The notes beneath the pieces were generated by a model. The model did not search any database and was not told the DNA's origin. It worked only from the letters and a program-made list of their open reading frames with translations. From Bacteroidales bacterium (lineage in GTDB: Bacteria > Bacteroidota > Bacteroidia > Bacteroidales > WCHB1-69): a stretch of 63,013 bases of DNA. The stretch is from NCBI GenBank assembly GCA_028703095.1, contig JAQVNO010000001.1, positions 1-63,013 of the forward strand, in the 5' to 3' direction. Each line of letters starts with the position of its first letter. The stretch's first letter is position 1. This document shows positions 5,469 to 16,276 of this stretch, in pieces. Both the position numbers and the translations under genes were made by a program.

Positions 5469-8213
5469 ATGACTATTTCCGACAAAAAACATCAAGAAAC
5501 ATTAGCAAAAGAGACATGGCATTCATTCCCAATTAATGAGATTCTCAATGAATTACAAACTAACAAGAATGGAATTGATAAAGAAGACGTTCAAAAAAGA
5601 ATACACTTTTACGGGGAAAACAAACTCCCGACAGCAAAACCAACCACACTTCTCACTATCATTCTTCATCAGCTTATCAGTCCGTTAATTTTTATATTGA
5701 TTGCCGCTGCCATTGCCTCTATTGCCATAGGTGAAGCAAAAGATGCTATTTTTATTTTCTTAGTTATTTTCATTAACAGCGCAATGGGCACGATTCAAGA
5801 ATATAATGCCGAAAAAAGCGCTTCCGGTTTACAAAAATTAATGAAAATCAAAGCCCGTGTATTGAGAAAAGGTGAAGAATACGAAATTCCGTCTGAACAA
5901 ATAGTTCCGGGCGATATTGTTTTATTGGAATCGGGAGCGAAAGTGCCTGCGGATGTTCGTTTAATGGAAACTTCTAATCTTGAAATCGATGAAAGTTTTC
6001 TTACCGGAGAATCGATAGCTGCCAAGAAAAATCCCAAAATATTACGGACAGATATCGGCATTGCGGAAAGAAGCAATATGGCTTATGCCGGTTCTACGGT
6101 TATGACAGGGCGAGGCAAAGGAGTGGTTGTAGCAACAGCATCCTTAACCCAAGTGGGGTTAATAGCTAAAAATGTTTCTGAAGGCAAATCTGCCAAACCA
6201 CCACTGATACTCCGTATGGAGAAATTTATCAAACAAATTACTGTATTTATTATCATTATAAGTGTTGTATTAGCAATATTGCTGCGCTTTCAAGGGATGG
6301 ATTTAACGGCTATTTTCTTTTTTGTTGTTGCCTTAGCCGTATCGGCAATACCGGAGGGCTTACCCGTAGCATTGACAGTAGCTCTTTCCATTGCGACCAA
6401 ACGTATGGCAAAACGCAATGTAATTGTCAGAAAACTTACTTCTGTCGAAAGTTTGGGAAGTTGTACCGTAATTGCCAGTGACAAAACCGGCACGCTCACG
6501 GTGAATCAACAAACTGCAAAAAAAATTATCCTTGCCGACGGAAGCAGTTTTTCGGTATCGGGAGAAGGATATAATGGGGATGGTGAAATAATAGATGACC
6601 AACAATCCACTGCAATCAATGCTGCATCCAACACTAATCTTGAAACTTTAACAAATATTGCCATTTTAGCCAATGAGGGACATTTACACAAAGAAAACGA
6701 CACATGGCTCCATCATGGCGATGCTATTGATGTAGCTCTTTTAGGACTTGCCTATAAATTAGGTATGCAGCCAAATGAAATAAAAAGACAACATCATCAA
6801 ATTGATAAGATTCCGTATGAATCGGAAAATAAATACGCTGCTGCTTTTTGCAATATTGACAACATTGTGTATATAGGTGCCAAAGGAGCTGTCGAAACCA
6901 TACTTGATTTTTGCGATAGTATGATTAGTAAAGGAGAAAACATCCCTCTTGATAAAGTATCTATTCTTAAACAAGCCGACGATTTAGCGGCTAACGGCTA
7001 TCGGGTGCTTGCATTTGCAAAAGGAGAATACGAGCATTTTACTAAAAAAGAAATTTATACCAAAGACGACATTCCTCCCATGGTTTTTTACGGCATGGTA
7101 TGTTTTATTGACCCTTTGCGAGCAGAAGCCAAAATATCGGTAGAAAAATGCAAAAAAGCAGGGATTAAAGTAATTATGATTACGGGCGATCATCCTGCTA
7201 CTGCCGGAAACATTGCTAAAGAATTAGGTATCATGGAAGAAGGACAAGGAGTGGTAAGTGGAGACATGTTGCATAATGCCGGCAGTGCCGATAGTCCGGC
7301 TTTTAAAGATATGGTCTGTTGTGCCAGCGTTTTTGCTCGGGTATCCCCTATCCAGAAACTTGAAATTGTCGATGTGCTAATACGCAATGGAGAGTTTGTT
7401 GCCGTTACCGGTGATGGGGTAAACGATTCCCCCGCACTGAAACGTGCCAATATTGGCGTTGCTATGGGTTCGGGCACGGATGTGGCGAAAGAAGTTGGAG
7501 CTATGATTATCATCGACGACAACTTCTCCTCTATCGTTGCCGGTGTAGAAGAAGGTCGATTTGCTTACGACAACGTGCGGAAAGTGATTTATTTACTTAT
7601 TTCTACAGGGGCAGCTGAAATTATATTGTTTTTACTCGCCATTTTATTCGGCTTGCCTTTGCCCTTGATAGCCGTACAATTACTATGGCTCAATTTAGTT
7701 ACCAACGGCATTCAGGATGTAGCACTCGCATTTGAAGGCGGAGAACCCGGAACCATGAACAAAAAACCTCGAAATCCTAAAGAAACAATTTTTAATGGAT
7801 TGATGATTAAAGAAACCATCCTCTCCGGACTTACCATTGGCTTGATAGTCTTTGTCTTCTGGTATTGGCTCGTTTCACACAAAGTAGTAGATGAACTGCA
7901 TGCTCGTACCCTGATTTTAATGCTTATGGTTTTTATGCAAAACTTCCATACTTTTAATTGCCGCTCCGAATCAATGTCGATTTTTAAAGTTCCTTTGAAA
8001 AGAAACATCATACTTGTTTTTGGAGTATTGTTAGCGCAAGGCATTCACATTCTTAGCATGCAAATTCCGTTTATGCAAAAATTATTAAGCATTGAAAACA
8101 TTACCATGATAGAATGGGGATACATACTTTCATTAGCCATTCCTATTATTATAGTAATGGAAATTTTTAAATTTATAAACAAAAAAACATCAAAAAACAT
8201 ACATGCAAGATAA
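5469..8213 (+). CDS. cation-transporting P-type ATPase (type II, Ca2+/Mg2+-like)
   Basis: TGES, the DKTGTLT phosphorylation site, IPEGLPV in TM4 and the TGDGVNDSPALK hinge. 914 aa with about ten TM helices. Confidence 0.92.
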   Translation: MTISDKKHQETLAKETWHSFPINEILNELQTNKNGIDKEDVQKRIHFYGENKLPTAKPTTLLTIILHQLISPLIFILIAAAIASIAIGEAKDAIFIFLVIFINSAMGTIQEYNAEKSASGLQKLMKIKARVLRKGEEYEIPSEQIVPGDIVLLESGAKVPADVRLMETSNLEIDESFLTGESIAAKKNPKILRTDIGIAERSNMAYAGSTVMTGRGKGVVVATASLTQVGLIAKNVSEGKSAKPPLILRMEKFIKQITVFIIIISVVLAILLRFQGMDLTAIFFFVVALAVSAIPEGLPVALTVALSIATKRMAKRNVIVRKLTSVESLGSCTVIASDKTGTLTVNQQTAKKIILADGSSFSVSGEGYNGDGEIIDDQQSTAINAASNTNLETLTNIAILANEGHLHKENDTWLHHGDAIDVALLGLAYKLGMQPNEIKRQHHQIDKIPYESENKYAAAFCNIDNIVYIGAKGAVETILDFCDSMISKGENIPLDKVSILKQADDLAANGYRVLAFAKGEYEHFTKKEIYTKDDIPPMVFYGMVCFIDPLRAEAKISVEKCKKAGIKVIMITGDHPATAGNIAKELGIMEEGQGVVSGDMLHNAGSADSPAFKDMVCCASVFARVSPIQKLEIVDVLIRNGEFVAVTGDGVNDSPALKRANIGVAMGSGTDVAKEVGAMIIIDDNFSSIVAGVEEGRFAYDNVRKVIYLLISTGAAEIILFLLAILFGLPLPLIAVQLLWLNLVTNGIQDVALAFEGGEPGTMNKKPRNPKETIFNGLMIKETILSGLTIGLIVFVFWYWLVSHKVVDELHARTLILMLMVFMQNFHTFNCRSESMSIFKVPLKRNIILVFGVLLAQGIHILSMQIPFMQKLLSIENITMIEWGYILSLAIPIIIVMEIFKFINKKTSKNIHAR

Positions 8214-9057
8214 TTCCAATAAAATACAAATAATTAAAGCCTCCGGCGAAAAAGAGTTTTTTAATGTTAAAAAGCTCAAACATTCGCTATTAAATGCCGG
8301 CGCAGACAACCTTATTATCGACATCATCGTTGAAAATATCAAAAATTGGATAAAACCCGGATATACCACCAAACAAATTTACAGACGTGCCTTCGACTTA
8401 TTGAACAGCAAAAAAAACAATAGCGGCACACGCTATAAATTAAAGCAAGCGATTATGGAATTGGGACCTACCGGTTACCCTTTCGAAAAATTTGTCGGGA
8501 AATTACTTGAAAAACAAGGGTTCAAAACCGAAGTAGGCATCATAGTGGAAGGGAGTTGTGTAAACCATGAAGTTGATGTGATTGCTACGTGCGAACAATC
8601 TCAATATTTAATTGAATGCAAGTACAGTTCTGACCAAGGAAAAAATGTAAAAGTACAAGTCCCTTTATACGTTCGTTCTCGCGTTAACGACATCATTAAA
8701 AAAAGAAAGAAAAACCCGTACTATCAAAACCTTGATTTTGAAGGATGGGTAGTTACCAATACCCGCTTTTCAGCCGATGCCATGCAATACGGAAAATGTT
8801 CCGGCTTGCATCTCATTGCATGGGATTATCCCCAAGGAAACGGCTTAAAAGAAATGATAGAAAAAGTCAAGATTTATCCCGTTACTATTTTAGATAGTTT
8901 AACGAAAACCCAAAAAAAACAATTGATTTCTCAAGGCATCGTTGTTTGTTACCAGTTAGTTGGAAATCCTGAAATTATAGCTACATTAAATTTAAGTCAT
9001 CGAAAACAAAACGATTTACAACGCGAACTTAAAAATATTTTTAACGAACAAAATTAA
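8203..9057 (+). CDS. ATP-cone domain protein fused to an Mrr-like PD-(D/E)xK restriction-endonuclease fold
   Basis: The N-terminus IQIIKASGEKEFFNVKKLKHSLLNAG fits the ATP-cone. FEKFVGKLLEKQGF...HEVDVIA...LIECKY fits the D...ExK nuclease core. It overlaps the ATPase stop by 11 nt. Confidence 0.7.
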   Translation: MQDNSNKIQIIKASGEKEFFNVKKLKHSLLNAGADNLIIDIIVENIKNWIKPGYTTKQIYRRAFDLLNSKKNNSGTRYKLKQAIMELGPTGYPFEKFVGKLLEKQGFKTEVGIIVEGSCVNHEVDVIATCEQSQYLIECKYSSDQGKNVKVQVPLYVRSRVNDIIKKRKKNPYYQNLDFEGWVVTNTRFSADAMQYGKCSGLHLIAWDYPQGNGLKEMIEKVKIYPVTILDSLTKTQKKQLISQGIVVCYQLVGNPEIIATLNLSHRKQNDLQRELKNIFNEQN

Positions 9058-9063
9058 AAAAAA

Positions 9064-10338
9064 ATGATGAACTCTCTCTTTGAATGGATAGATACTTTAT
9101 TAGCATCTTCCAACATTGATTACGGAAGCATCCCCTATTTACGCTTATTGATACTTTTTGTCAGCTTGATAATTATATCGATAATATGCTTTTACATCAC
9201 AAAATACGCCATCATTCACACACTTTATAAATTCATCAGACGAACATCTATTAAATGGGATGACTTATTGGTAGAATATAAAACATTTGACAATGTTGCA
9301 CATTTAATCCCTGCGATAATTGTTAAACAAACCACTCCATTGATTTTAATTGATTTTGAAAAGCTGATTCCTTTTATCACAAAATTAACAGACATCTATA
9401 TTATCATTGCTATTTTAATCATTGTTTTATCATTTTTAAAAGCTTCGGAACACATAATCAGGAAATCACCTATCTTCATAAACAAACCCATAACGAGTTA
9501 TTTTCAGCTCATCCGAATCATTCTTTATATTATCATTGCTATATTAATTATTTCTATTTTTATCGAACAGTCGCCCTTGTACTTATTAAGTGCCTTTGGA
9601 GCAATGTCGGCAATATTGCTATTGATATTCAAAGATACAATACTTGGGTTAGTAGCAAGTGTGCAAATATCTTCCAATGATATGGTTCGTCCCGGCGACT
9701 GGATAGAAATGCCTAAATTTAATGCCAATGGTGAAGTGTTAACCATCAATCTGAACACTGTTAAAGTTGAAAATTGGGATAAAACCATCACCACCATTCC
9801 TACATATTTTTTTATCAGCGACAGTTTTAAAAACTGGAGAGGGATGCAACAAAGCGGTGGTCGCAGAATCAACAGAGCCATCCATATCAATACACGAAGT
9901 GTAAAATTTATCGATGTTACACTTAAAAAACGATTAACAAAAGTGCAACTCATTCACGATTATCTATTGGATAGAGAAAAAGAAATCAATGCATACAACG
10001 AAGAACATTGTATCGACACATCAGAACTTATCAATGGACGAAGAATGACTAATGTTGGTGTTTTTCGACAATACATAGAATATTATTTAAGAAATCATCC
10101 ACACATTCGGAAAGACATGACATTAATGGTACGACAATTGGATTTTACCGAACGAGGGTTACCCATAGAGTTATACTGCTTTACCGCAACAACAGAATGG
10201 CTTAAATACGAACAGATTCAAGCAGATATTTTCGATCATTTGTTGGCAGCTACCCGTTTTTTTGATTTAGAAATCTTCCAACCTCCCAGCGGTGAAGATA
10301 TACATAAAGTAATGACAACTATCGTTAAAAATAAATAA
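9064..10338 (+). CDS. mechanosensitive ion channel family protein (MscS-like)
   Basis: N-terminal TM helices are followed by GDWIEMPKFNANGEVLTINLNTVKVENWDKTITTIPT, the typical MscS beta-domain. Confidence 0.85.
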   Translation: MMNSLFEWIDTLLASSNIDYGSIPYLRLLILFVSLIIISIICFYITKYAIIHTLYKFIRRTSIKWDDLLVEYKTFDNVAHLIPAIIVKQTTPLILIDFEKLIPFITKLTDIYIIIAILIIVLSFLKASEHIIRKSPIFINKPITSYFQLIRIILYIIIAILIISIFIEQSPLYLLSAFGAMSAILLLIFKDTILGLVASVQISSNDMVRPGDWIEMPKFNANGEVLTINLNTVKVENWDKTITTIPTYFFISDSFKNWRGMQQSGGRRINRAIHINTRSVKFIDVTLKKRLTKVQLIHDYLLDREKEINAYNEEHCIDTSELINGRRMTNVGVFRQYIEYYLRNHPHIRKDMTLMVRQLDFTERGLPIELYCFTATTEWLKYEQIQADIFDHLLAATRFFDLEIFQPPSGEDIHKVMTTIVKNK

Positions 10339-10367
10339 AGAGCAATTGCATTTATAATTATATTACC

Positions 10368-11360
10368 ATGAAATATATAAAACTTGGAAATACTGACGAA
10401 AATGTTTCTGCTTTAGGCTTGGGCTGCATGCCTATGTCGCATGCGTATGGCGTAAAAGATGATACAGAAAGTATAGCTACACTTTATAAAGCCCTAGATA
10501 TAGGCATTAACTTTTGGGATACAGCCGATTTTTATGGGAATGGAGAAAATGAAAGATTAATTTCTAACGTTTTAAAAGAAAACCGAAGTAAAATTTTCAT
10601 TGCCACCAAATTCGGCTTCCGTTACGAAGAAGGAAGTGATTTATTTGCAAGCAAATTGGATGCTTCTCCCCAATGGATGCAAAAGGCTGTTGAAGCAAGT
10701 TTAAAACGCTTAGGTGTTGACTGTATTGATTTATACTATGCCCATCGTGTCGACCCCCAAGTTCCTATCGAAGAAACCGTTGGAGCTATGTCTGACTTAG
10801 TGAAACAAGGTAAAGTGAGGTATCTCGGCTTATCGGAAGCCTCGGCTGCTTCTATTCGTAAAGCACATGCCATACACCCCATAACTGCTTTGCAAAGTGA
10901 ATATTCCCTCTTATCAAGAAGTATTGAAAAAGAAATATTACCACTTTTAAAAGAACTACGTATCACTTTAGTTCCATTTTCCCCTTTAGGAAGAGGTATG
11001 TTTACCGATAATTTTGAAAGTATTTGTTCTTTGCAAGAAACAGACCCACGACGAAATCTTCCACGATTTCAAGGAGAATGCTTAGATAACAATCTGAAAC
11101 TAATGAAAGCATTACAAGAAATCGCCAAAAGCATGAACATCAGCTTAGCTCAATTGGCATTAAGTTGGATTTACAACAAATGGAATAATGTAATCCCTAT
11201 CCCCGGGACAAAAAAAAGAAAATACCTTATTGAAAATTCGGCCTCTGTTGACGTTACTTTAACTAATAGCGAAATAAAAGAAATAGAAAACTGCATTGCC
11301 AAGTATCCGCATATTGGAGAACGATACAATGAATCTTCACTAAAATTAACGAATCATTAA
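10368..11360 (+). CDS. aldo/keto reductase
   Basis: LGLGCMPMSHAYG, FWDTADFYGNGENE, DLYYAHRVD and the GLSEAS motifs. Confidence 0.9.
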   Translation: MKYIKLGNTDENVSALGLGCMPMSHAYGVKDDTESIATLYKALDIGINFWDTADFYGNGENERLISNVLKENRSKIFIATKFGFRYEEGSDLFASKLDASPQWMQKAVEASLKRLGVDCIDLYYAHRVDPQVPIEETVGAMSDLVKQGKVRYLGLSEASAASIRKAHAIHPITALQSEYSLLSRSIEKEILPLLKELRITLVPFSPLGRGMFTDNFESICSLQETDPRRNLPRFQGECLDNNLKLMKALQEIAKSMNISLAQLALSWIYNKWNNVIPIPGTKKRKYLIENSASVDVTLTNSEIKEIENCIAKYPHIGERYNESSLKLTNH

Positions 11361-11600
11361 TTAATAATGTAAGCTCTATCAAACAAAACTAATAAAAAAT
11401 CATTAGTATATGCTATGTAAGAATAATACACATATTGCAAATACTTGCAAGAAAAACATTAATAGTAAAAACATGTATTTGATATCCTGTTTTAACAATA
11501 AATAAAAATATTTAAAATAATGTTACATAAAATGAATTTCAAGGCAACGTTCTTAATAAATAAAACGTCTAACAAATAAACCTAAAAAATTATAAAAAAA

Positions 11601-13793
11601 ATGAAAACTTTTAGAAAAATAATTCTTATACTACTTTTAGTATTTGCTTATGAACACTATACACAAGCACAAATTGGTGCATCCTGCCCAAACTTAAACT
11701 TCAGTCAAGGAAATTTTACCAATTGGGTATGTAAAATATCCAATTCCAGTGGTGTAGGTAATACAGCATATTCCTATTTAACTTGGACAGGAAGTTCACC
11801 TGTCTCCGGACGTCATACCATTATGACAGATATCTACGCTTATGATAATCATACTTGTAATGGCACTCCCAATACGAAATTAGCATTGGTTCCGGATGGC
11901 TTTAATCAAAGTGCACGTATTGGGAATGATTACACGATGTATGAGGCAGATGCCATTATCTATCAAATGACAGTAGATTCAAATAATGCTTTGTTTCTTC
12001 TTCACTATGCCGTAGTTTTTGATGATCCAAGTCATACGGCAGAAGCATCCCCTTATTTTGAATTACGAATTCAAGATGTTAATGGGAATTTAAAAAACAT
12101 TCCTGACAATCGTTATTTAGTTGTAACAGGAAATAATCTCCCCGGTTTTCAATATTGTTCTTTAAACATACAATGGAAAGATTGGTCAACGGTAGGGATT
12201 AATTTATTACCCTTACTAGGGCAAACCATATATATTGTCATTGCGACAGCAGACTGCGGTTATGGTGGCCATTTTGGATATGGATATGCTGTTGGAGAAT
12301 GCCATCCAATGGAAATCAATCTTCAATATTGTTGTCCCGCAACTGTAGCTCGATTGGAAGCCCCTGATGGTTTTGTTTCTTATGTGTGGCGTGGTCCCAA
12401 TGGAAATATCATCAGCTATAACCAAAAGGTAAATATTCAAAATCCCGCTGATAGTTCAATCTACACAGTTACTATGACTTCTGCTTTGGGAACTAACACT
12501 ACATTAAGCTGTATGATAGTTTGTGATGAAGTCGATGTAACTATTAAATGTGATTCAACAACCTATGCATGCTATCCCGGTGGTGTTGTACTTTCAGCCA
12601 CCGCTACTTCAAAGATAAGTGAAATTTCTTACGGTGAATGGCAGATATTTAAAATCAGTGAAAATGCAGGTACAGAATATGTTACCGCAGACTCTACTTT
12701 TACATATTTTTTCATTGATACGGGTTGTTATAAAATCACATACACAGCCTATACAAAGTCAGGATGTGCTGATACCTCTTCGGTTATCGTTTATTCATAC
12801 CCTGCTTATACTATGAATTTAAATATACATGCACCAAATATAATATGCAAAAATACTGAAACCGAAATATATGCAACAGGCGCTGACACATATGAGTGGA
12901 GAGGTGTAAAAAGAGTGCAATCCGATACTTCTGCCATCATAGACAGAGGAGGAATATATATCGTTAAAGGCAGTGATTCTTTAGGGTGTGCTTATGATAC
13001 TGCCTATATTGATGATTTGGAGTTTTTTGTTGAGTATACTACTATTGATAATAAATGTGTCGGCTATGACAGCGGTGAAATAAAAATCACCAAAATAACA
13101 GGAGAATATATAATGCCTGTATATCACTATTGGGAAGATTTAGGATATACAAACGGGACACCAACAACAGAAAGGAAAAATTTAACAAGTGGAAATTACG
13201 TTGTATATAGCATAGATGATTATGGTTGTTATCGTTATGACACTATCATCATTCACGATCTTCTACCATTAGGAAGCATAGGTCAAATAAAGGGAGATTC
13301 AATAGTTAAAGTCGGGAAAAATTATACATATTATGTAAAACCGGTACCGAATGCCTACTATCATTGGATTGCAAACGAAATTACCAGTAATGGCAACAAT
13401 AAAATCTTAGATACCATAACTAATCTAGTATACATTACCCTACAGGTCATTAATCCCAATCCCATAGAAATCAGTGTATATACTTTTAATGAATGTGATA
13501 CCGGAGAACAGGTAAGCAGAACCATCCAATGCGAAAATAGCATTATAGAAAAACCAAAAGACAACAAAATTGACATATACCCGAATCCTACTTCCGATAA
13601 AGTAACTATTCATAGTTTTGACGGAAACATAGAAGAAGTCAGAATATATGATGTTATAGGAAAAGAAGTATTTAGAAAGTCTATCAATCATTCGGAATGT
13701 ATCATTAATATGGAAAATTTACATTCCGGCTTATACTTTTTATCAATAAAAAATAAAATTGGCGTATATACATATAAAATTGTAAAAAAGTAA
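11601..13793 (+). CDS. T9SS C-terminal-sorting-domain cargo protein
   Basis: It has a signal peptide and one SprB-like repeat (CVGYDSGEIKITKITGEYIMPVYHYW). The C-terminus IDIYPNPTSDKVTI...GLYFLSIKNK is a type-A T9SS CTD. Confidence 0.8.
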   Translation: MKTFRKIILILLLVFAYEHYTQAQIGASCPNLNFSQGNFTNWVCKISNSSGVGNTAYSYLTWTGSSPVSGRHTIMTDIYAYDNHTCNGTPNTKLALVPDGFNQSARIGNDYTMYEADAIIYQMTVDSNNALFLLHYAVVFDDPSHTAEASPYFELRIQDVNGNLKNIPDNRYLVVTGNNLPGFQYCSLNIQWKDWSTVGINLLPLLGQTIYIVIATADCGYGGHFGYGYAVGECHPMEINLQYCCPATVARLEAPDGFVSYVWRGPNGNIISYNQKVNIQNPADSSIYTVTMTSALGTNTTLSCMIVCDEVDVTIKCDSTTYACYPGGVVLSATATSKISEISYGEWQIFKISENAGTEYVTADSTFTYFFIDTGCYKITYTAYTKSGCADTSSVIVYSYPAYTMNLNIHAPNIICKNTETEIYATGADTYEWRGVKRVQSDTSAIIDRGGIYIVKGSDSLGCAYDTAYIDDLEFFVEYTTIDNKCVGYDSGEIKITKITGEYIMPVYHYWEDLGYTNGTPTTERKNLTSGNYVVYSIDDYGCYRYDTIIIHDLLPLGSIGQIKGDSIVKVGKNYTYYVKPVPNAYYHWIANEITSNGNNKILDTITNLVYITLQVINPNPIEISVYTFNECDTGEQVSRTIQCENSIIEKPKDNKIDIYPNPTSDKVTIHSFDGNIEEVRIYDVIGKEVFRKSINHSECIINMENLHSGLYFLSIKNKIGVYTYKIVKK

Positions 13794-13830
13794 ACAATTA
13801 GAGATTTTTAACACAAAAGAACTAAAAATG

Positions 13831-15327
13831 TTATATCTGAGTTAATGCTTCAACGATATCGGAAGCAATCATACTTTCATAAGAGATTTTTTTTGCAGCA
13901 ATATCGGCAGCTTTACCATGATTAAATACCGCCATAATTGCTGCTTCAATAGGGTTATAATGCTGTGCCAGCAGCGCTAATAAAATACCTGTCAACACAT
14001 CACCGCTTCCTGCCGTTGCCATTCCGGGATTACCGGTAGAATTAAAATAAACATTTCCATTAGGAATACTAATGCTGGTATGAGCTCCCTTTAAAACAAC
14101 AATACATTGATATTTAATTGAAAATTCCCGTTGTAAATTCAAACGATGAAATGAATGAGTTGCTTTACCCACTAAACGTTCAAATTCTTTAGGATGAGGA
14201 GTAAAAATACAATGAGGGGGCATAAACTCTAAGTATGTCTTATTATCAGCCAAACAATTGATTGCATCTGCATCAAAAATAATCGGGCTTCGTGTATTTT
14301 TAATCACATTTTTTAATCCCACAATCGTATCAGGGTGCATACCCAGACCAGGACCAATGGCAATAGCATTAGCTTTGTTTAGTTTCTCTAAATCCACAGC
14401 AGTGAAATGATTTGTATTTTGATCGGAAGAACACAAAGCTTCCGGTACAGTCGTTTGTACTATAGGGTATCCAATTTCAGGAACGTGAGTTTCTAAAATC
14501 CCCACTCCTGAACGCAAACATGCTTTGCTTGCCAACACAGCAGCGCCCATCATTCCTTTACTGCCGGCAATTAATAAAGCACGTCCGTAATTTCCTTTGT
14601 GTGAAAACTTAGGTCTTGGTTTATGTATTCCCTGAATATCTTGTTCTTCTATATAATAATACGGACTTTCTATTGTATTAATGAAGTCCGGATGTAAATC
14701 TATGTTGCCAACTTCCCATTCTCCAACGAAGGGATAACTTTCCGGAAATAAAAAAGCTAATTTCGGAAATTGAAAAGTAAACACAAAATCTGCATGTACG
14801 GCAAGTGCATCCGCTGGCATCGGTTTATCGGCAAAAAAACCTGAAGGAATGTCGATAGAAAACACAAATGCATTGCTGTGATTGATATGGGAAAATACCT
14901 TACTTAACAAATTATTTGCTACAGGTGTGTGTAACCCGCTACCCAAAATAGCATCAATAATCAATTCAATATGTAAAGATGGAATATCTTCCTCTTGATT
15001 TATTTCATGTAGATGTAAAGGATGTGCTGATTGTAAATAGGCAAGGTTCTTTTGGCAATCTTCAGAAAATGATTCTGTATGTTTAACAATATAAACTTGG
15101 CAGGTATAATCATGTTGCAATAAAATACGTGCAATTGCCAATCCATCACCCCCATTATTTCCCTTTCCGCAAAAAATTAACATAGAAACATCAGATGGGA
15201 AAAGTTCCATTACTTTTGAAGCAGCAACATTAGCGGCACGTTCCATCAATTGAATAGATTCTATAGGCTCATTTGCAATGGTATATGCATCAGCCTCACG
15301 AATTTGTTGAATAGTTGGTATTTTCAT
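13831..15327 (-). CDS. nnr: bifunctional NAD(P)H-hydrate epimerase / ADP-dependent dehydratase
   Basis: An N-terminal YjeF_N domain (CGKGNNGGDG) and a C-terminal carbohydrate-kinase-like domain (GSGDVLTG). Confidence 0.9.
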   Translation of the reverse strand: MKIPTIQQIREADAYTIANEPIESIQLMERAANVAASKVMELFPSDVSMLIFCGKGNNGGDGLAIARILLQHDYTCQVYIVKHTESFSEDCQKNLAYLQSAHPLHLHEINQEEDIPSLHIELIIDAILGSGLHTPVANNLLSKVFSHINHSNAFVFSIDIPSGFFADKPMPADALAVHADFVFTFQFPKLAFLFPESYPFVGEWEVGNIDLHPDFINTIESPYYYIEEQDIQGIHKPRPKFSHKGNYGRALLIAGSKGMMGAAVLASKACLRSGVGILETHVPEIGYPIVQTTVPEALCSSDQNTNHFTAVDLEKLNKANAIAIGPGLGMHPDTIVGLKNVIKNTRSPIIFDADAINCLADNKTYLEFMPPHCIFTPHPKEFERLVGKATHSFHRLNLQREFSIKYQCIVVLKGAHTSISIPNGNVYFNSTGNPGMATAGSGDVLTGILLALLAQHYNPIEAAIMAVFNHGKAADIAAKKISYESMIASDIVEALTQI

Positions 15328-15420
15328 ATACTTATTTTAGTTGGATTCCTCCAAAAAAGTATTTTAATCTAAACTCACTTTTAAGAAAAAAATTAAGCAG
15401 TTCAACGGAAAAATATATTT

Positions 15421-16239
15421 TTAATATTGTTCTTTATCATTTGGAAAATCCAATGATTTCACATCATCAATATAGCGTTGGAGTGCAGTAGTAATTTCGT
15501 AACTCAAATTATGATATCTACGTAAAAACCGAGGAGAAAATTGTTGTGTAATTCCTAGCATATCGTGTAAAACCAACACTTGCCCATCTACTTCATGACC
15601 TGCGCCAATACCGATAATAGGTATGTTAACTGCTTTTGTAACTTTTGCTGCAAGGCTTGCAGGAATTTTCTCTAAGACTATACTAAAACAGCCTGTTTTT
15701 TCTAACAACAAAGCATCTTCCATTAAACGAGTGGCTTCTTTTTCTTCCATTGCCCTTACGGCATAGGTTCCGAATTTGTTAATAGACTGTGGTGTAAGTC
15801 CCAAATGACCCATAACAGGGATTCCCGCAGTAAGAATACGATCAATGCTATCCACAATTTCCTTACCACCTTCCAATTTCACTGCATCAGCACCGGATTC
15901 TTTCATAATACGAATTGCAGAATGTAAGGCTTCTTTAGAGTTCCCCTGATAAGTACCAAAGGGCAAATCAACAACTACCAAAGCACGTTCAACTGCTTTA
16001 ACTACTGAAGAAGCATGATATATCATTTGATCTAACGTAATGGGCAAAGTAGTCTTATAACCAGCCATAACATTTGCTGCTGAATCGCCCACTAAAATTA
16101 CTTCCATTCCTGCAATTTCCAACAAGCGAGCCATAGAATAATCGTATGCTGTTAACATAGCTATTTTCTCATGCTTGTTTTTCATTTTTTGTAACACATG
16201 CGTAGTTATTTTACCCGCAGATTTTGAGATACTTGACAT
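15421..16239 (-). CDS. panB: 3-methyl-2-oxobutanoate hydroxymethyltransferase
   Basis: [25 protein letters not shown] and HLGLTPQS motifs. Confidence 0.93.
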   Translation of the reverse strand: MSSISKSAGKITTHVLQKMKNKHEKIAMLTAYDYSMARLLEIAGMEVILVGDSAANVMAGYKTTLPITLDQMIYHASSVVKAVERALVVVDLPFGTYQGNSKEALHSAIRIMKESGADAVKLEGGKEIVDSIDRILTAGIPVMGHLGLTPQSINKFGTYAVRAMEEKEATRLMEDALLLEKTGCFSIVLEKIPASLAAKVTKAVNIPIIGIGAGHEVDGQVLVLHDMLGITQQFSPRFLRRYHNLSYEITTALQRYIDDVKSLDFPNDKEQY

Positions 16240-16276
16240 GCTTTTTAATTTAAGTAAGACACTATAAATTATTGGA

